Made by a program: the position numbers and the translations under genes. 38,709 bases of DNA from a virus. Lineage: Duplodnaviria; Caudoviricetes. The notes below the pieces were generated by a model. The model made no database searches. It had not been told where the DNA came from and was given only the letters and a program-made list of their open reading frames with translations. The stretch covers positions 1-38,709 of the IMG/VR virus record IMGVR_UViG_3300011338_000746, one strand, 5' to 3'. Below are positions 36,431 through 38,709 of this stretch, piece after piece (positions within the stretch are counted from its first letter, which is position 1; the number at the start of each line of letters is the position of its first letter).

Positions 36431-36539
36431 GCGGACCGATCCTCAGAACCACCCGACCTCTTGATTGGCGGAAGGGTACCCCCTTAGGTAGTTCCACCAT
36501 AAACAATTTAAAAACAAACAAAAAAAACAAAAAAAGATT

Positions 36540-37040
36540 ATGAAAAAGACAAACATCCTACACATTTTTAGCAGATTAGCTATCGTAGCATTGACACCCA
36601 AAGAAGGTGCAGACATGAATGTAACTCCTTGGGCTCCAAGCGGACCAAGTTTAGATTTACGCATCAGTAAACCAAACGGAACAGAACTTTACGCAGTTAA
36701 AATAGCAACTCGTGACCTTCAAGTAGGTCAAGAGATAACAATCGAGAGTCTAAAATCAAATCGTGGAGAATACAATTTCTTAGCAGAGTTTAATTTCTTA
36801 GCACTCAATGAAAAATTGAAGACTGAAATAGCTCAAAATGAAATTAATTCGACCGCTAACATTATTGGAGCAATCAAGGACGCAGATAAAATGACTGCCA
36901 ATCAGTTAATTGCAACCGTAATGGTAGTTAAGGCAAGCCGTAAAGAGCGTTGGGGCACTTATCAATCCCAAAGAGCAGGTCGTAGCATCACTAGTCAATC
37001 TGCATTTCAATCAAATTTGACAGCCGTTGATGCGGAGTAA
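36540..37040 (+). CDS. hypothetical protein (166 aa), first gene of the plus-strand region
   Basis: A-rich leader, long ORF, strong downstream hairpin; visibly more GC-rich than the late genes. Confidence 0.8.
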   Translation: MKKTNILHIFSRLAIVALTPKEGADMNVTPWAPSGPSLDLRISKPNGTELYAVKIATRDLQVGQEITIESLKSNRGEYNFLAEFNFLALNEKLKTEIAQNEINSTANIIGAIKDADKMTANQLIATVMVVKASRKERWGTYQSQRAGRSITSQSAFQSNLTAVDAE

Positions 37041-37044
37041 CTAA

Positions 37045-37089
37045 CAATTCTGTAACATCACATTCTTCGGAGTGTGGTGTTATAGATTG
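37045..37089 (+). terminator. long C(UUCG)G-capped hairpin after the 166-aa gene
   Basis: CTGTAACATCACATTC-TTCG-GAGTGTGGTGTTATAG with G-U pairs; no clear U-run. Confidence 0.65.
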
Positions 37090-37166
37090 CTATAAGTTAT
37101 TTATATACTAGAATAACTTTCATATAGTCCAAAAAAGTAAAAATATGTAAGGGCATATACTTAAAT

Positions 37167-37210
37167 AAAACACCAATAGTCTATGTAATATATAGATTAT
37201 TGGTGTTTTT
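37167..37210 (+). terminator. about 20-bp hairpin with T-run
   Basis: AAAACACCAATAGTCTATGT / ATATAGATTATTGGTGTTTT. Confidence 0.65.
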
Positions 37211-37298
37211 ATACTAAAACATTCTTATACTACCAATATGATATTGGTCAGAGTAGGATGATTTAGGGTCAAATTGGACAAAAAGTAAAAACATTTCT

Positions 37299-37646
37299 TT
37301 ATACTTTTAAATTATTATGTTTTACTATTTTAATTATTTGGTCATAAAATATATCTGTATTTAAATCAAATTTCATGGTATTACATATCTTACAACAAGA
37401 AACTACATTAGTAGGAATATACCCTAAATTACTATCAATCCTATCAATTGACATAGTTGTATTTTTATAAGATATTCCACAATAAAAACAATTACTATAT
37501 ATTAAATGTTCAAATAAATCATCTGATAATTTAAACTCTTTACCTTTTTTAACTATCCTAGCTTTATATGCTTGATATCTTTTACACAAGTAAGTAGACC
37601 AATGTTCAGGAAAATGAGCATCTCTATGCTTAGGTATTTTTTTCAT
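37299..37646 (-). CDS. HNH endonuclease (115 aa, start MKKIPKH)
   Basis: CFYCG...SIDRIDSNLGY..NVVSCCKICNTMK; TATATTTG 5 nt upstream of ATG 37646. Confidence 0.88.
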   Translation of the reverse strand: MKKIPKHRDAHFPEHWSTYLCKRYQAYKARIVKKGKEFKLSDDLFEHLIYSNCFYCGISYKNTTMSIDRIDSNLGYIPTNVVSCCKICNTMKFDLNTDIFYDQIIKIVKHNNLKV

Positions 37647-37651
37647 ATATA

Positions 37652-37659
37652 CAAATATA
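37652..37659 (-). promoter_or_regulatory. Bacteroidota -7 promoter element TATATTTG
   Basis: TAnnTTTG 5 nt upstream of the HNH ATG. Confidence 0.7.
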
Positions 37660-37764
37660 CAAAATAAATCTAAAAAATTTATATAGAAAAAACACTTTTT
37701 ATAGATAATTGTATGACGAAAATCATACTGATAAGGAGAAAATTGAAGGGAAAATAGGGGAAAA

Positions 37765-37780
37765 TGTTCCACGTGGAACA
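37765..37780. other. parS: parS centromere-like site (ParB/Spo0J binding palindrome)
   Basis: Perfect 16-bp palindrome TGTTCCACGTGGAACA (18 bp with flanking A/T), intergenic; matches the chromosomal parS consensus TGTTNCACGTGNAACA. Confidence 0.85.
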
Positions 37781-38013
37781 TATTTTAGGGTGAAAATAGA
37801 TGAAAAGGGGACTATTTGAAGTATATTGATATATTATAGTGTACAATATCCTCTATATATAGAAAAAATGAAGGATTTTTAGGGGAATAAGAAAATGGAA
37901 TAAAAGAACTCTACTAGAAGAGTATAAATAGGTTTTAGGTCTAGTGCGTTGAGTAATATGATAATATTACGAGGGTAACATAAAGTAAGACTACTATACA
38001 GTCATCATATACA

Positions 38014-38223
38014 ATGTCAATTTATCATCAAATATTAGGAGTTCCAGCTCCTTCTAAAGTAGAAGTATTAAATACAATACTAGAAAAGTATTATTTAGAG
38101 CCAAGTTCTATGTTAATAAACTATCAAGAAGGAACAAATGGTGTTGATTGTTGGTTTGATTCACCACAATGGAGACAACATAGATGTTTATCATTTGAAG
38201 ATTTTAAATTAATAAAGTCTTAA
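38014..38223 (+). CDS. hypothetical protein (69 aa)
   Basis: ORF followed by a terminator. Confidence 0.65.
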   Translation: MSIYHQILGVPAPSKVEVLNTILEKYYLEPSSMLINYQEGTNGVDCWFDSPQWRQHRCLSFEDFKLIKS

Positions 38224-38235
38224 AAATAATTTTAT

Positions 38236-38279
38236 GTTAACCCTGATTAGTTATTATATACTAGTTGGGGTTAACTTTT
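38236..38279 (+). terminator. Rho-independent terminator
   Basis: GTTAACCCTGATTAGT / ACTAGTTGGGGTTAAC followed by TTTT. Confidence 0.75.
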
Positions 38280-38687
38280 AATATTCTTAAAGTATTAGCA
38301 TTTAAACAAGAGATGAAACATTATACAAATGCAAAAACAAAACTATATTACAATGTAAAAGTTCACTAGCATGTAATATATACTGTAAAGTCAGTAAATA
38401 GTAGTAATACTATATTGTGAACTTGGAACAGACCCAGATTCTGTTGAGTCTTGAGAGGTATACTCTTGACAATATAACTCGCCTTATGCAGGGTAGAAGT
38501 GGTTATAGGTGACACCTTATTGGAACCTTTATTATGTAATTTTTATGACAACCTGAGAATGGCATCTCAAATTGTAGGTTTATGAGTGTAAGTAAACTAA
38601 AACCTTCTGATAATACTAAAGTATATTCCTAAGCATGAGTATAAACTGCTTATTTTTTAATTAACATAAAAAACAAATTAACATAAA

Positions 38688-38709
38688 ATGAATAACATAG
38701 AAATAGTCT
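38688..38709 (+). CDS. 5' fragment of a gene running off the right edge (MNNIEIV...)
   Basis: ATG preceded by an A-rich Bacteroidota-type leader. Confidence 0.45.

Noticed and set aside
36443-36664. 73-aa minus-strand ORF
   Set aside because: Overlaps the better-supported plus-strand gene; its Phe-rich stretch mirrors that gene's A-rich leader
37647-37781. N-terminal extension MFHVEH... of the HNH ORF
   Set aside because: MFHVEH is the parS palindrome read as codons; the promoter at 37652 supports a start at 37646
38600-38655. Twister or pistol ribozyme, suggested by TCCTAAGC
   Set aside because: Flanking stem and pseudoknot partners are missing
1-38709. Stop-codon reassignment (TAG or TGA), known in some Crassvirales
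   Set aside because: Genes are full length and densely packed in code 11; TAG ends genes at 1706, 3198, 6539 and 19986

Overview
AT-rich window from a tailed dsDNA phage of a Bacteroidota host, most consistent with a crAss-like (Crassvirales) phage. This assignment rests on gene order and protein sizes, not a database search. Positions 1-36280 are almost all on the minus strand. Read right to left, they encode GroES, an HU/IHF-like protein, DUF1573, a PD-(D/E)xK nuclease, a SET-domain protein, a putative small terminase, large terminase, portal, scaffold-like protein, major capsid protein and neck/structural proteins. These are followed by a mosaic tail-fibre cassette, two paralogous signal-peptide proteins, three Cys-rich virion-like proteins and an accessory cluster (HEXXH protein, tandem-wHTH protein, GIY-YIG, PhoH, metallophosphoesterase). 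Near 36300-36530 the strand and composition switch. The remaining gene-poor, hairpin-rich region holds an inverted HNH gene and a perfect bacterial parS palindrome (TGTTCCACGTGGAACA, 37765-37780), the most striking observation, suggesting use of host ParB/SMC. Other points of note: recurring Bacteroidota TAnnTTTG promoters 4-7 nt from start codons (likely leaderless mRNAs), a second candidate late-promoter motif, two unannotated GKKGC micro-ORFs and a degenerate SET domain. No CRISPR array, tRNA, integrase, reverse transcriptase or stop-codon recoding was seen.
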